The notes beneath the pieces are model-generated. The model had not been told where the DNA came from, made no database searches, and saw nothing but the letters and a program-made list of their open reading frames with translations. From an uncultured Bacteroidota bacterium (GTDB lineage Bacteria; CLD3; SB21), in the NCBI GenBank assembly GCA_964563165.1, contig CAZLWA010000005.1, forward strand, positions 131,240-195,239: 64,000 nucleotides of DNA, read 5' to 3'. The stretch's first letter is position 1. Every line of letters begins with the position of its first letter. A program made the translations under genes and the position numbers. This document shows positions 9,936 through 20,023 of the stretch, piece by piece.

Positions 9936-10337
9936 ATGCTGTTCATTCATTTCCTGGTTGACGATAAGACGGTTTATCAAAATTATTTCCCCCTTTTGAT
10001 TCTCATGATCATCGCCGCGATCATTCCGCTGGCGATACTCATCATCACGCATGTTCTGGGACCTCGAAAACCAAGCGATCGAAAACTGTCGGTTTACGAA
10101 TCCGGAATGCCTCCGATCGGCGATGCGCATCCGAAATTTTCGATCAAATTCTACATCATCGCGATGCTGTTCATTTTGTTCGACATTGAAATTGTTTTCA
10201 TGTATCCGTGGGCGGTGATCTACAAAAGCTGGATTTCCGTGAGCTCGTTCATACTGGTCGAGGGCCTGGTGTTCATCGCGATTCTATTGGTCGGCTATGT
10301 GTATGCGTGGAAAAAGGGCGTGCTGGAGTGGGAATAG
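9936..10337 (+). CDS. nuoA: NADH-quinone oxidoreductase subunit A.
   Basis: 133 aa with 3 transmembrane helices and a conserved NuoA core (YESGMPP...KFYIIAMLFILFDIEIVFMYPWA). ATG with an AAGGGA site. Confidence 0.9.
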   Translation: MLFIHFLVDDKTVYQNYFPLLILMIIAAIIPLAILIITHVLGPRKPSDRKLSVYESGMPPIGDAHPKFSIKFYIIAMLFILFDIEIVFMYPWAVIYKSWISVSSFILVEGLVFIAILLVGYVYAWKKGVLEWE

Positions 10338-10373
10338 TTTCATGGTCGTGAAGAAATTTACCGGAAAAAGTAT

Positions 10374-10889
10374 ATGGCGGAAAAAGATATTTTAGAAAAC
10401 AATTCGACGCTGGATAAACTAAAAAATCAGTTTGGCGCCGAAATTCTTAAATCGGAAATTTTCGGCAACCAATTAGCGGTTATTGTTAAGCGCGACCGGA
10501 TCGTCGAACTGATGAAGTTTTTGAAAGAAGACCCGGAATTGTCCTATGATTTTTTGGTAGACTTGACGGCGATAGATTATTTGACGATGGAAAAAAGCCC
10601 CCGATTTCAAGTCGTTTATCATTTGCGTTCTATGAAATATAATCGCAGGGTCAGGATCAAAGTGCCGGTTTCCGAAAGCGATTGCAAAATTCCGACGGTG
10701 TGCGGACTTTGGAAAGCCGCCAATTGGCTGGAGCGCGAGACGCACGAAATGTACGGCATCGCGTTTGAGAATCATCCGGATTTAAGAAAACTGTTAATGC
10801 CCGCGACCTACGAATATTTTCCGCTGCGTAAAGATTATCCGCTGCACGGCAAGGGCGAGCGCGAATTGATATTGCCGGAAGGCAGCTAG
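10374..10889 (+). CDS. nuoC: NADH-quinone oxidoreductase subunit C (30-kDa subunit).
   Basis: 171 aa. NuoC motifs are present (FLVDLTAIDY, ERETHEMYGI). It starts 36 nt after nuoA, leaving no room for nuoB. Confidence 0.9.
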   Translation: MAEKDILENNSTLDKLKNQFGAEILKSEIFGNQLAVIVKRDRIVELMKFLKEDPELSYDFLVDLTAIDYLTMEKSPRFQVVYHLRSMKYNRRVRIKVPVSESDCKIPTVCGLWKAANWLERETHEMYGIAFENHPDLRKLLMPATYEYFPLRKDYPLHGKGERELILPEGS

Positions 10890-10935
10890 CCCCGTTGTGA
10901 GTTTAAAATTTGGACAATCCCAAAAAGGCTGATTT

Positions 10936-12252
10936 ATGGAAATAGTCGACCGCGAGTCCCGGAAGGACGAAGACTTCATAACGGCAACGACGACCGAAGA
11001 GCTCAAGGAAAAAATCAGGCAGAGCCGTAAAAAAGCTCTGATCGGCGCCGATGACGACGACCCGACCGAAGCCGGCAAAAAAGCCGACACGATGATCCTG
11101 AATTTCGGTCCGCAGCATCCGGCAACGCACGGCACGCTGCGAATGGTTTTGGAGTTGTCGGGCGAGACCGTCGTCAAGCTCGATCCTTGTCCGGGCTATC
11201 TTCACACCGGGTTTGAAAAACTAGCCGAGCATCATACGTTCAATCAATTCATCACCGTCACCGACCGGATGAATTATCTTTCACCGCTTTCCAACAACGT
11301 TGGTTTTGCCTGCGCCGCCGAAAAATTATTGGGCATTGAAGTGCCTGTGCGCGCGCAGTATATCCGGGTCATCATGGCGGAGTTGTCGCGCATCGCCGAT
11401 CACCTGGTCAGTATCGGGACGCACGCATTGGATTTGGGCGCCTTCACGGTTTTCTTGTACGGATTCAAACAGCGTGAATTTATATACGATTTATTTGAGG
11501 TCTCGACCGGCTCGCGATTGACCACCAGCTACACGAGGGTTGGCGGGCTTATGCGGGATTTTCCGGAAGGGCATGAACAGCAGATCGCCGGATTTATCAA
11601 GCAATTTATGGTCGTGTTCAAGGAGATCGAGGGGCTTCTCAATCACAACAAAATTTTTCAAAACCGCACGCAAGGCATCGGAAAAATCGGCGGTGAAGAA
11701 GCAATTAATTACGGAATGACAGGTCCTTCCTTGCGCGCAAGCGGTGTCCCGTACGATCTTCGAAAAGATGACCCTTATTTGGTTTATGACCAATTGGATT
11801 TTGATGTGCCCATCGGTGTCGAAGGCGATGTATTCGAACGCTATCTGGTACGAATGGAAGAAATGAGGCAGAGTATCCGCATTATCGAGCAGTGTCTGAG
11901 CCAAATGAAGGAAGGACCTGTCAAGGTAGACGATAACACGATCGCTTTACCGGATAAGAGCAGAGTGTATGGAAGTATCGAAGGACTCATACACCATTTT
12001 AAATTAATAATGGACCATCACGGAATTGATATGCCGAAAGGTGAAATTTATCACGCGACCGAAGCCCCTAACGGCGAATTGGGCTGGTTCATAGTAAGCG
12101 ACGGGACCGGCATGCCGTATAAAGTGCATGTACGGGCGCCATCGTTTTTGCATTTTGCCATGATGCCGCGGCTGTGTGAAGGAGGACTCGTAGGTGACGG
12201 CGTTGCCGTTCTCGGAAGCTTGAATGTGATTGCGGGAGAATGCGACCGATAG
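10936..12252 (+). CDS. nuoD: NADH-quinone oxidoreductase subunit D (49-kDa), with a charged N-terminal extension of about 50 aa.
   Basis: The canonical NuoD start (MILNFGPQHPATHGTLRMVLEL) lies at residue 53 of the ORF. The rest aligns as NuoD throughout. Confidence 0.9.
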   Translation: MEIVDRESRKDEDFITATTTEELKEKIRQSRKKALIGADDDDPTEAGKKADTMILNFGPQHPATHGTLRMVLELSGETVVKLDPCPGYLHTGFEKLAEHHTFNQFITVTDRMNYLSPLSNNVGFACAAEKLLGIEVPVRAQYIRVIMAELSRIADHLVSIGTHALDLGAFTVFLYGFKQREFIYDLFEVSTGSRLTTSYTRVGGLMRDFPEGHEQQIAGFIKQFMVVFKEIEGLLNHNKIFQNRTQGIGKIGGEEAINYGMTGPSLRASGVPYDLRKDDPYLVYDQLDFDVPIGVEGDVFERYLVRMEEMRQSIRIIEQCLSQMKEGPVKVDDNTIALPDKSRVYGSIEGLIHHFKLIMDHHGIDMPKGEIYHATEAPNGELGWFIVSDGTGMPYKVHVRAPSFLHFAMMPRLCEGGLVGDGVAVLGSLNVIAGECDR

Positions 12253-12321
12253 AGTTGAGAAGGAAGAGCTCCTGAAATCTATTAGCACGGAAAATCAATT
12301 ATTAGTTCGGAAATGTGAAGT

Positions 12322-12804
12322 ATGGCAGTAGAATTTTCTCCAGAAAAAAAGAAGGAAGTGGAATGGGCTATTTCCCGCTATCCGCGAAAGGAAGCGGCCA
12401 TGCTTCCGGTTTTGCACATTGCTCAATATCAATTTGGTTACATTTCGACGGAAGTGATGGAACTGGTTGCGAAAACGCTGGAAGTTCCGGTCAATCGCGT
12501 TCAGGATGTGGTGACTTTCTACACGATGTTTCGCCAGCAGCCGGTCGGGAAATATCATATTCAAATTTGTCATACTTTATCGTGTGCGATTCGCGGAGGA
12601 AGCAAAGTTGTAAAACAAATGGAAGATAGATGCGGCGTGGAATGCGGCCAGGGCGTTTCTCAGGACGGGAAGTTCTCCATTATAAAAGTGGAATGCCTCG
12701 GTTCCTGCGGCACCGCTCCGATGGTGCAAGTCAATGATGATTATTATGAAAATCTGACTAAAGCAAAAGTCGACGAATTAATTAACAAATGGAAATCGGA
12801 ATAA
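12322..12804 (+). CDS. nuoE: NADH-quinone oxidoreductase subunit E (24-kDa, 2Fe-2S).
   Basis: 160 aa with the thioredoxin-like 2Fe-2S Cys pattern (C...C...C...C; ICHTLSC...ECLGSC). Confidence 0.9.
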   Translation: MAVEFSPEKKKEVEWAISRYPRKEAAMLPVLHIAQYQFGYISTEVMELVAKTLEVPVNRVQDVVTFYTMFRQQPVGKYHIQICHTLSCAIRGGSKVVKQMEDRCGVECGQGVSQDGKFSIIKVECLGSCGTAPMVQVNDDYYENLTKAKVDELINKWKSE

Positions 12805-12884
12805 CTCATACGACAAATATCAAAGACACACAGAAATAATATTTCTTGTCTCTGTGATCTCTGTGGCATAACAGGAAACGGGTG

Positions 12885-14186
12885 ATGGAAAAAGTCTTGA
12901 CGAAAATGGTTGGAATCGAAAACTCGCAAAACATAGATGTGTATTTGAAACACGGCGGGTATCAGGCTTTGCCGAAAGCATTCAAGATGACACCGGACGA
13001 ACTTGTTCAAATGATGAAAGATTCCGGCGTGCGCGGGCGCGGCGGCGCGGGGTTCCCGACGGGAATGAAATGGAGTTTTCTTCCAAAAGACAGTCCGAAG
13101 CCGCGTTATTTATTATGCAATGCCGACGAATCCGAGCCGGGAACTTTTAAAGACCGTGTGCTGATGGAAGATGATCCGCATCAGGTTATCGAAGGTCTGA
13201 TCATTTCGTCGTTTGCCATTCAAGCGCATACGTGCTATATCTATATCCGCGGCGAGTATGTCCGCGGCGCGCAAATTTTGCGTAAAGCAATCGATGAAGC
13301 ATATGCCAGAGGGTATTTGGGAAAAAATATTTTGAACACCGGATTTGACCTCGATATTACGGTTCACCGCGGAGCCGGTGCGTATATTTGCGGAGAAGAA
13401 ACCGGGCTCATCGAATCGCTCGAAGGCAAACGCGGTTGGCCGCGTATCAAACCTCCGTTTCCGGCCGTTTCCGGCGTGTTTCAGTGCCCGACGATTGTAA
13501 ATAATGTTGAAACGTTAGTGACGCCGGTTCATATCATTAATCGCGGCGTTCAATGGTGGAAAGATAATGAGCCGAAACTATACTGCATGAGCGGCCATCT
13601 GAATCGTCCCGGAACGTATGAAGCCAAGATCGGAATTAATCTATTGGAATTAATCAACAATCTCTGCGGAGGCATTCCAAAAGGAAGAAAATTAAAAGCG
13701 GTCATCCCGGGCGGCTCATCCGTTCCGGTGCTTCGCGCAGAGGAATGCGATGTGGCCATGGATTTTGATGCGCTCACTAAAGTCGGCTCGGCGCTGGGCT
13801 CAGCGGGATGCATGGTCATGGATGAAACCACGTGCATGGTCAATGCCCTCTGGAATTTATTGAAATTTTATGCGCATGAGTCCTGCGGACAATGCACGCC
13901 GTGCCGTGAAGGCTCGCATTGGCTTGAAATGATCTGCGGCCGCATCGAAACAGGCCGGGGGCGAATGGAAGATATGGATCTGATGCTGGAAACCGCAAAC
14001 AATATCGCAGGCCGTACGATCTGCCCTCTGGGTGATGCCGTGGCCTGGCCCGTTGCCGGATTGCCGGATAAGAATAAAGGCGGCGATCTGAACGGACAGA
14101 GTTTCGTGAACAAATTCAGAGATGAATTTGAGTTTCATGTCCGGAATAAGAAATGCAAAGTGACAATACCTGATGAGTGGAATTAG
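12885..14186 (+). CDS. nuoF: NADH-quinone oxidoreductase subunit F (51-kDa; FMN, NADH and 4Fe-4S binding).
   Basis: The GRGGAGFPTG FMN/NADH motif and the C-terminal CxxCxxC...C cluster motif (ESCGQCTPCREG) are present. The ORF opens at a GTG at 12882; the ATG at 12885 has an AGGAAA site. Confidence 0.9.
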   Translation: MEKVLTKMVGIENSQNIDVYLKHGGYQALPKAFKMTPDELVQMMKDSGVRGRGGAGFPTGMKWSFLPKDSPKPRYLLCNADESEPGTFKDRVLMEDDPHQVIEGLIISSFAIQAHTCYIYIRGEYVRGAQILRKAIDEAYARGYLGKNILNTGFDLDITVHRGAGAYICGEETGLIESLEGKRGWPRIKPPFPAVSGVFQCPTIVNNVETLVTPVHIINRGVQWWKDNEPKLYCMSGHLNRPGTYEAKIGINLLELINNLCGGIPKGRKLKAVIPGGSSVPVLRAEECDVAMDFDALTKVGSALGSAGCMVMDETTCMVNALWNLLKFYAHESCGQCTPCREGSHWLEMICGRIETGRGRMEDMDLMLETANNIAGRTICPLGDAVAWPVAGLPDKNKGGDLNGQSFVNKFRDEFEFHVRNKKCKVTIPDEWN

Positions 14187-14247
14187 AACACTCAGATGAA
14201 TTGAATTTGGATTGACGCGATTGTTGAAAAACAATGAAGGATAATTG

Positions 14248-15105
14248 ATGAAGCGGTTAATAAGAATTTCAAGTTTGTTTTTTGTCGCTGCATTGATCGT
14301 GATATATGCTTGTCAGACCGACGATGGTCAGCCGACTAATCTCACAGGCACATGGGAATCTTTTATCAGCGCAAGTGACGGCTCCTTTATTGTTGATTTC
14401 TTTTTGGATCAAACCGACAGCGTTAATGTGACCGGAACCTTCACCAACAAGTCAAAAATTGGAGATACCGGTTCCCTCACCGGACAAGTAAACGGGAGTC
14501 TTTTCACGGGAACGCTTTTCACATCGGACTGTAACATGCCCTTTTCATTTACTATCGATACCGGCCAGAACACAATGAGCGGATCAGTCTCAGCTGTAGA
14601 CTCTAACTGTGACGGCGCTCCGGTAGTAAAAATGTACAGAGAAATCTCCCCCGCGGTTAATATCACCGGATCCTGGACCGGAAGCGGAAGCGGTACCGAT
14701 GGCAGCTTTACTTTCACGGCTGCGTTTAATCAAAGCGGTTCATCGGTAACAGGGCTGCTGATCAGTTCGGATAGCGGTCAGGTCGATTCAAATTCAATTT
14801 CAGGCTCCGTGTTTGGCGATGTACTGATAGCAACCATAACGGATGCGGGAGGCAGTGCCTGCAGACACGTTTTTGCGGGTGCCGTTAGCAACAACGTAAT
14901 CAGCGGTCAATTTGGTTTTGTCAATGACAATCAGGGCAACGGCTGTGATGACAACGGCACTCTTACGATAACAAAAAATCTGACAAAGAACAGAGAATAT
15001 GCAGCAGGCATGAAATTGAGTAAAGCGTTCAGTGAGGATGGAAGAAATCGAGACGCAAAAAGACGGAACGGTATTATACCGGCACACGCGGTGGATATGA
15101 AATAG
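14248..15105 (+). CDS. Lipoprotein (hypothetical), Ser/Thr/Gly-rich with two internal repeats.
   Basis: The ATG at 14248, with a GAAGGA site, gives MKRLIRISSLFFVAALIVIYAC, a lipobox. Two units of about 100 aa each begin N(L/I)TG(T/S)W and each contains two Cys. No family is recognised. Confidence 0.5.
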   Translation: MKRLIRISSLFFVAALIVIYACQTDDGQPTNLTGTWESFISASDGSFIVDFFLDQTDSVNVTGTFTNKSKIGDTGSLTGQVNGSLFTGTLFTSDCNMPFSFTIDTGQNTMSGSVSAVDSNCDGAPVVKMYREISPAVNITGSWTGSGSGTDGSFTFTAAFNQSGSSVTGLLISSDSGQVDSNSISGSVFGDVLIATITDAGGSACRHVFAGAVSNNVISGQFGFVNDNQGNGCDDNGTLTITKNLTKNREYAAGMKLSKAFSEDGRNRDAKRRNGIIPAHAVDMK

Positions 15106-15165
15106 CGAACTAAGTGAGAACTGTGGAATTACATCTCAGGCAGGCATCGCTTGCGGGGAGGTTGT

Positions 15166-15765
15166 ATGGATTCCAAAAGCGTTTTTTATCAAACCATGAG
15201 TTTGTTAATCCTGATTACCGTGCTCGGGTGCTCCGGCGGCAACATGCTGGTCAGACAGGATGAATTTCCGCAAAACGGAACCATGATCATTCAATACTTC
15301 GGACCGAACAGTAATAATACTCAGGGTATGGAAGAAGAAATCTATTATAAACAGCGGTATTTCTCCAAGCCGATCAATTTGATTCAAAAACGCATTAAGA
15401 ATGTCTACGAAAAAAAATATGTTTTTAACGCGAGTCAGGAAAGAGTGTGGATTGCCGTAAAAAACGTGTCGGCTAAATTTGAGACGGAGGGCGAACATCC
15501 GACGGAATTGATAGATGAAAAGAATTTTACCGTCAAGAATGTCAGTAATGAAATGAATCTGAATTATTCCGTTTTGTCGGATGTATTTGTAATCAAAGTC
15601 ATTTCAATTTCCGAAATGCAGTCCGGCGTCATCATTACACGAAAGATCATGGAGCTTGACAAAGCTATCAGGGCCGCGCACGCGATTACTTCGAGCGGCC
15701 TCATAGAAAGCTGGGTTCTGACGCAAATTAAAGACGAAATTGGAAAAGATTCCTCCTCATTTTGA
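15166..15765 (+). CDS. Lipoprotein (hypothetical).
   Basis: The ATG at 15166 is preceded by GGGGAGG and gives MDSKSVFYQTMSLLILITVLGC, a lipobox. The ORF-track start at 15151 is a TTG. Confidence 0.5.
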   Translation: MDSKSVFYQTMSLLILITVLGCSGGNMLVRQDEFPQNGTMIIQYFGPNSNNTQGMEEEIYYKQRYFSKPINLIQKRIKNVYEKKYVFNASQERVWIAVKNVSAKFETEGEHPTELIDEKNFTVKNVSNEMNLNYSVLSDVFVIKVISISEMQSGVIITRKIMELDKAIRAAHAITSSGLIESWVLTQIKDEIGKDSSSF

Positions 15766-15780
15766 AAAGGAAAATCCGGT

Positions 15781-17394
15781 ATGCCTCTTATCAAAATTGA
15801 TAATCAAGAACTCGAGATAGAAAAAGGCGAACCGATCCTTACGGCGGCCAAGCGAATTGGAATTGATATTCCCTTTTATTGTTATCATCCCGGATTAAAG
15901 ATCGTTGCCAGCTGCCGCATGTGTTTGGTGGACATGGTCGGTATGCCTAAGTTAATGCCCGCGTGCTCGACGACGGTTTCCGAATTATCGTCAGGGAAAA
16001 AATTAGAAAATAAGTATGATGCCGTTATTTTTACGGAAAATGAGAAAGTAAAAATTGCCCGTAAAGCGGTTCTTGAATTTCTTTTACTAAACCACCCTAT
16101 CGACTGTCCTATTTGCGATAAGGCCGGGGAATGTAAGCTGCAGGATTATTCGTATGAACACGGCAATGACGCGTCACGATTTGTTGAAGTCAAACGCATC
16201 CCGGAGAAAAAAGATTTAGGACCCTCAATTTTTCTTTACACATCACGCTGTATTATGTGTTCCCGCTGTGTGCGGTTCACGGAAGAAATTTCGGGAGGCG
16301 AAGAACTGAAAGTGGTTCACCGCGGTGCGCATGCGGAGATTGAAATCGCACCCAACAAGCCGCTCGATAACAAAATGATGGGCAATGTCGTTGATTTGTG
16401 TCCCGTGGGATGTTTGATCGATAAACATGAAAAATTTGAAGGGCGCGTCTGGAATTTTGTTCATACAGATAGTGTCTGTCCCGGATGCAGCAAGGGCTGC
16501 AATACCACACTGGATATCATGAAGCATCAGAAACTGAATTTGGAAGAACTGGTTGATAAAGTGTATCGCATTCGTCCGCGTGAGAATATGGCCGTCAATC
16601 AGTGGTGGATTTGCGATGACGGCCGTTATCACCTGGAGGGCGATAAGGAAAAAACGAGACTGCTCGTCCCGCATACTGTGCAAAACGGAAAGCTGCAGGA
16701 AACCGCATGGTTTGGAGCGATGGCCATGGCGGCAGAGAAGATCAAATCTTATAAACCGGACGCGATAACGTTCGTCGGAAGCCCGTACGCATCGAATGAA
16801 GAAAACTACTTGTTGGGAAAATTAGCAAAAGCCATAAACGCCGGTGTGGATGTCAGTAAGCCCATGTACGGTTATACCCAGACTTTTAAGACGGATTTCA
16901 ACAAACACCCTTTCACTATTGAAAACGAAAAGGCTCCGAATTTTGCCGGCGCCAAAACCGTATTGAATTTGCAAGACTCTAAGATTGAGCAAACCATGGC
17001 ATCAAAAAAATGTGTGATTGTTGTCAATAGCCATAACATTGAAATAATAAACAAACCGGAAACACTGATAGTCCTCAGTTCATTTGAGGACGCGGTCACC
17101 CGTTTGGCAGACATCGTCCTTCCGATCGCCTTGTTCACGGAGACCGGCGGTACCTATACGAATAAAGACGGCGCCGTTCAGCGATTTAACAAAGCGATCA
17201 ATCCGATGGGTGAATCACGGCCCATTTGGAAAATCATGATTGACTTGGCGCAATCATTCGGCCAAGACTGGTATTATGAAACGGTCGGCGATGTGGCAAA
17301 AGAAATGAAAGAAAGCATCGGTTCATTCAAGTCCCTGGAATTAGAAAAACTTTACCCACAAACCATTTTGGAAGAGGAAGAATTAGTTTTGTGA
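15781..17394 (+). CDS. nuoG: NADH-quinone oxidoreductase subunit G (75-kDa), short form.
   Basis: Has an N-terminal 2Fe-2S site (C-x10-C-x2-C), the HPIDCPICDKAGEC motif and a CIMCSRC 4Fe-4S motif, then a shortened molybdopterin-oxidoreductase-like domain. Length is 537 aa. Confidence 0.85.
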   Translation: MPLIKIDNQELEIEKGEPILTAAKRIGIDIPFYCYHPGLKIVASCRMCLVDMVGMPKLMPACSTTVSELSSGKKLENKYDAVIFTENEKVKIARKAVLEFLLLNHPIDCPICDKAGECKLQDYSYEHGNDASRFVEVKRIPEKKDLGPSIFLYTSRCIMCSRCVRFTEEISGGEELKVVHRGAHAEIEIAPNKPLDNKMMGNVVDLCPVGCLIDKHEKFEGRVWNFVHTDSVCPGCSKGCNTTLDIMKHQKLNLEELVDKVYRIRPRENMAVNQWWICDDGRYHLEGDKEKTRLLVPHTVQNGKLQETAWFGAMAMAAEKIKSYKPDAITFVGSPYASNEENYLLGKLAKAINAGVDVSKPMYGYTQTFKTDFNKHPFTIENEKAPNFAGAKTVLNLQDSKIEQTMASKKCVIVVNSHNIEIINKPETLIVLSSFEDAVTRLADIVLPIALFTETGGTYTNKDGAVQRFNKAINPMGESRPIWKIMIDLAQSFGQDWYYETVGDVAKEMKESIGSFKSLELEKLYPQTILEEEELVL

Positions 17395-17420
17395 GTTAAT
17401 CCATCAATAGAGAATTCTTT

Positions 17421-18434
17421 ATGGAAGCATTTCTGCCTTACATTTTCATAGCTGCCTTTCTGACCATTTGGCTGAGCAGCGTTCCCGCGATGATTTTGAT
17501 CGAGCGTAAGGTTAGCGCGTGGGTACAATATCGCGTGGGCCCTAATCGGGTAGGACCTTGGGGGTTGTTGCAGCCTATTGCGGATGCGTTGAAATTTCTG
17601 TCCAAAGAAGATGTGATTCCCAATCACGTAAATAAGTGGCTCTATATTTTTGCCCCTGCATTGATGGTATTTCCGGCGTTTTTTGTGATCGGCGTGATCC
17701 CGGTCGGTGTTTTCACGATTGGAGGCAAGGAGATCCTTGTCCAGATCGCTCATACCAATATCGGAGTTCTCTTTGTGCTTGCCGTTTCGTCACTTTCTGT
17801 TTACAGTATTACATTCGGATCGTGGGCGTCCAATAATAAATATTCCCTGATCGGCGGATTACGCTCCGCGGCACAAATGGTAAGCTACGAACTGCCGATG
17901 GGCATTGCTATACTGGGTATGGTCATGCTCACAGGCTCTCTTCAATTGGAAGAAATCGTCAAGTTTCAAATGAACTCTGTTTGGGGAATTGTGTGGCAGC
18001 CCTTGGGCGGATTAATTTTCATAACAACGGCGTTTGCTGAAACCAATCGCCTGCCTTTTGATCTGACGGAAGCGGAAGCGGAATTGGTCGGCGGGTATCA
18101 CACGGAATACAGCTCGATGAAATTTGCAATGTTCTTTCTGGGTGAATATTGTAATATGCTTACCGCTGCTTGTATGATTACTTTACTGTTTCTTGGCGGC
18201 TGGAATGTTCCTTTTCTAACTTCGCTTCATTTGGCTTCAAGAACGACCGAACTCATCCAGCTTGGCGGTTTTGCATTCAAAGTAGGATTTCTCATGTTCT
18301 TCTTTGTTTGGGTCCGCTGGACGCTGCCCAGGTTTCGTTATGATCAATTGATGCGGCTGGGTTGGAAAAAACTGATCCCTCTGGCTTTGGCGAATATCAT
18401 CATTACGGCAGTAGTGATGGCGATTGTAAAGTGA
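17421..18434 (+). CDS. nuoH: NADH-quinone oxidoreductase subunit H.
   Basis: 337 aa polytopic membrane protein with NuoH/ND1 signature segments (ERKVSAWVQYRVGPNRVGPWGLLQPIADALK). Confidence 0.9.
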   Translation: MEAFLPYIFIAAFLTIWLSSVPAMILIERKVSAWVQYRVGPNRVGPWGLLQPIADALKFLSKEDVIPNHVNKWLYIFAPALMVFPAFFVIGVIPVGVFTIGGKEILVQIAHTNIGVLFVLAVSSLSVYSITFGSWASNNKYSLIGGLRSAAQMVSYELPMGIAILGMVMLTGSLQLEEIVKFQMNSVWGIVWQPLGGLIFITTAFAETNRLPFDLTEAEAELVGGYHTEYSSMKFAMFFLGEYCNMLTAACMITLLFLGGWNVPFLTSLHLASRTTELIQLGGFAFKVGFLMFFFVWVRWTLPRFRYDQLMRLGWKKLIPLALANIIITAVVMAIVK

Positions 18435-18455
18435 AAATTTAAGAAGGAATTCATC

Positions 18456-19070
18456 ATGGCTGGTTCAGTCAAGAACGTTTCGATGCCCCGCGGCGGAAAT
18501 TGGGTAGATAATACTTATATCATCGCTGTACTTAAAGGGTTGGCTATTACCCTGCAGCACATGTTTGCTAAAAAGACAGTCTTAAGCTATCCGGAAGACA
18601 AGAAAGTTTTACCGCAGCATTACCGCGGATTACATATGCTCACGCGCGATGAACGCGGGCGGGAAAAATGCGTAGCCTGCGAGATGTGTTCGACGGCATG
18701 TCCGGCCGACTGTATCCGAATTGTTGCCGACGACAGCGGCGATAAGTGGAAGGACGGTTTTGAAAATCGTGAAAAACACCCCAAAATCTTTGAAATTGAC
18801 GAGCTGCGATGCATTTTCTGCGGCATGTGTGTGGAAGCGTGTCCGGAAGATGCTATCGACATGAGCGACATGCACAATTTAGCGGACTACACGCGGGAAG
18901 ATTTTATTTACGATAAACAGCGCCTGCTTGGTGTCTATGATGAATACGTCAAAAACCACCCGGACAGGGCAACGCGGTCCGACAGTAATTACAAAGCCAT
19001 GAAGAATTCGAGCAATTTTACCGTGACCGATGTTGAATTTTCAAAACACCCCGGACACGACGCTCACTGA
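18456..19070 (+). CDS. nuoI: NADH-quinone oxidoreductase subunit I (2x4Fe-4S ferredoxin-type), with a C-terminal extension.
   Basis: Two CxxCxxCxxxCP motifs (CVACEMCSTACP and CIFCGMCVEACP). Length is 204 aa. Confidence 0.9.
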   Translation: MAGSVKNVSMPRGGNWVDNTYIIAVLKGLAITLQHMFAKKTVLSYPEDKKVLPQHYRGLHMLTRDERGREKCVACEMCSTACPADCIRIVADDSGDKWKDGFENREKHPKIFEIDELRCIFCGMCVEACPEDAIDMSDMHNLADYTREDFIYDKQRLLGVYDEYVKNHPDRATRSDSNYKAMKNSSNFTVTDVEFSKHPGHDAH

Positions 19071-19124
19071 TTAATGGGCCGCCCGTGCGAGCATGCATGA
19101 CGGTGAATTTTTTTAAGAGGTGAT

Positions 19125-19664
19125 ATGGAATCTGCGATACAATATTTTACGGTCAGCCCCTTGTTTTATATTTTTGCCGGATTGGCCGTTCTGCTTGCGA
19201 TTCTGATGCTGACGGTAGACAACCCTGTTTACAGCGCCATATTTATGGTTCTGACGTTTTTTTGCATCAGCGTTATATACATCACACTGGAAGCAGAATT
19301 CATCGCTGCCATACAAGTGCTCGTGTATACGGGCGCGATCATGGTGTTGTTTCTGTTCGTGATCATGCTTCTGAATCTGGGCCGCGGCGTGGATCTGGTG
19401 GAACACTCAGGGCCGATGAAATATATTTCTATTGCCATCGCCTTCATCATCTTGATTCAGGTCGGTTTTGCCGTAAAAACGACCGCATTCAATATCGGAG
19501 AAAAGGGAGTTTATCCGATTGAAAGAATTCGCGATGCGGGAAACACTGAATCTCTTGCGCAACTGCTGTTCTCTCAGTATTTATACCCTTTTGAAATAGC
19601 TTCCATATTGCTTTTGCTAGGCATGGTAGGCGCTATTATCATTTCAAAGAAAAAACAAGAATAA
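19125..19664 (+). CDS. nuoJ: NADH-quinone oxidoreductase subunit J.
   Basis: 179 aa membrane protein with a NuoJ/ND6-like profile. It is in the correct operon position. Confidence 0.85.
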   Translation: MESAIQYFTVSPLFYIFAGLAVLLAILMLTVDNPVYSAIFMVLTFFCISVIYITLEAEFIAAIQVLVYTGAIMVLFLFVIMLLNLGRGVDLVEHSGPMKYISIAIAFIILIQVGFAVKTTAFNIGEKGVYPIERIRDAGNTESLAQLLFSQYLYPFEIASILLLLGMVGAIIISKKKQE

Positions 19665-19679
19665 ATCTTTGGAGATATT

Positions 19680-19982
19680 ATGGTTCCGTTATCTCACTAC
19701 TTAATTCTGACGGCGATTATTTTCACTTTGGGTGTTATCGGTGTGTTGACAAGGCGGAACGCGATCATCGTTTTCATGTGCATTGAACTGATGCTCAATT
19801 CAGTAAACCTGAGCTTGGTGGCGTTCGCACGATTTTTGGATTCGATGGACGGACAAATTGCCGTTTTTCTTGTCATGACAGTTGCTGCCGCGGAAGTTAC
19901 CGTGGGCTTGGCTTTGATCGTGGCCATTTACCGAAAGAAGGACACGATCAATATTGACGAAATGCACATGATGCAAGGGTGA
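19680..19982 (+). CDS. nuoK: NADH-quinone oxidoreductase subunit K.
   Basis: 100 aa with 3 transmembrane helices and a NuoK/ND4L signature (LMLNSVNLSLVAF...E..VGLALIV). Confidence 0.9.
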   Translation: MVPLSHYLILTAIIFTLGVIGVLTRRNAIIVFMCIELMLNSVNLSLVAFARFLDSMDGQIAVFLVMTVAAAEVTVGLALIVAIYRKKDTINIDEMHMMQG

Positions 19983-20023
19983 TGTCTGCGAACAATGACT
20001 GATAAATTTTTTCGGAGCGTTTC

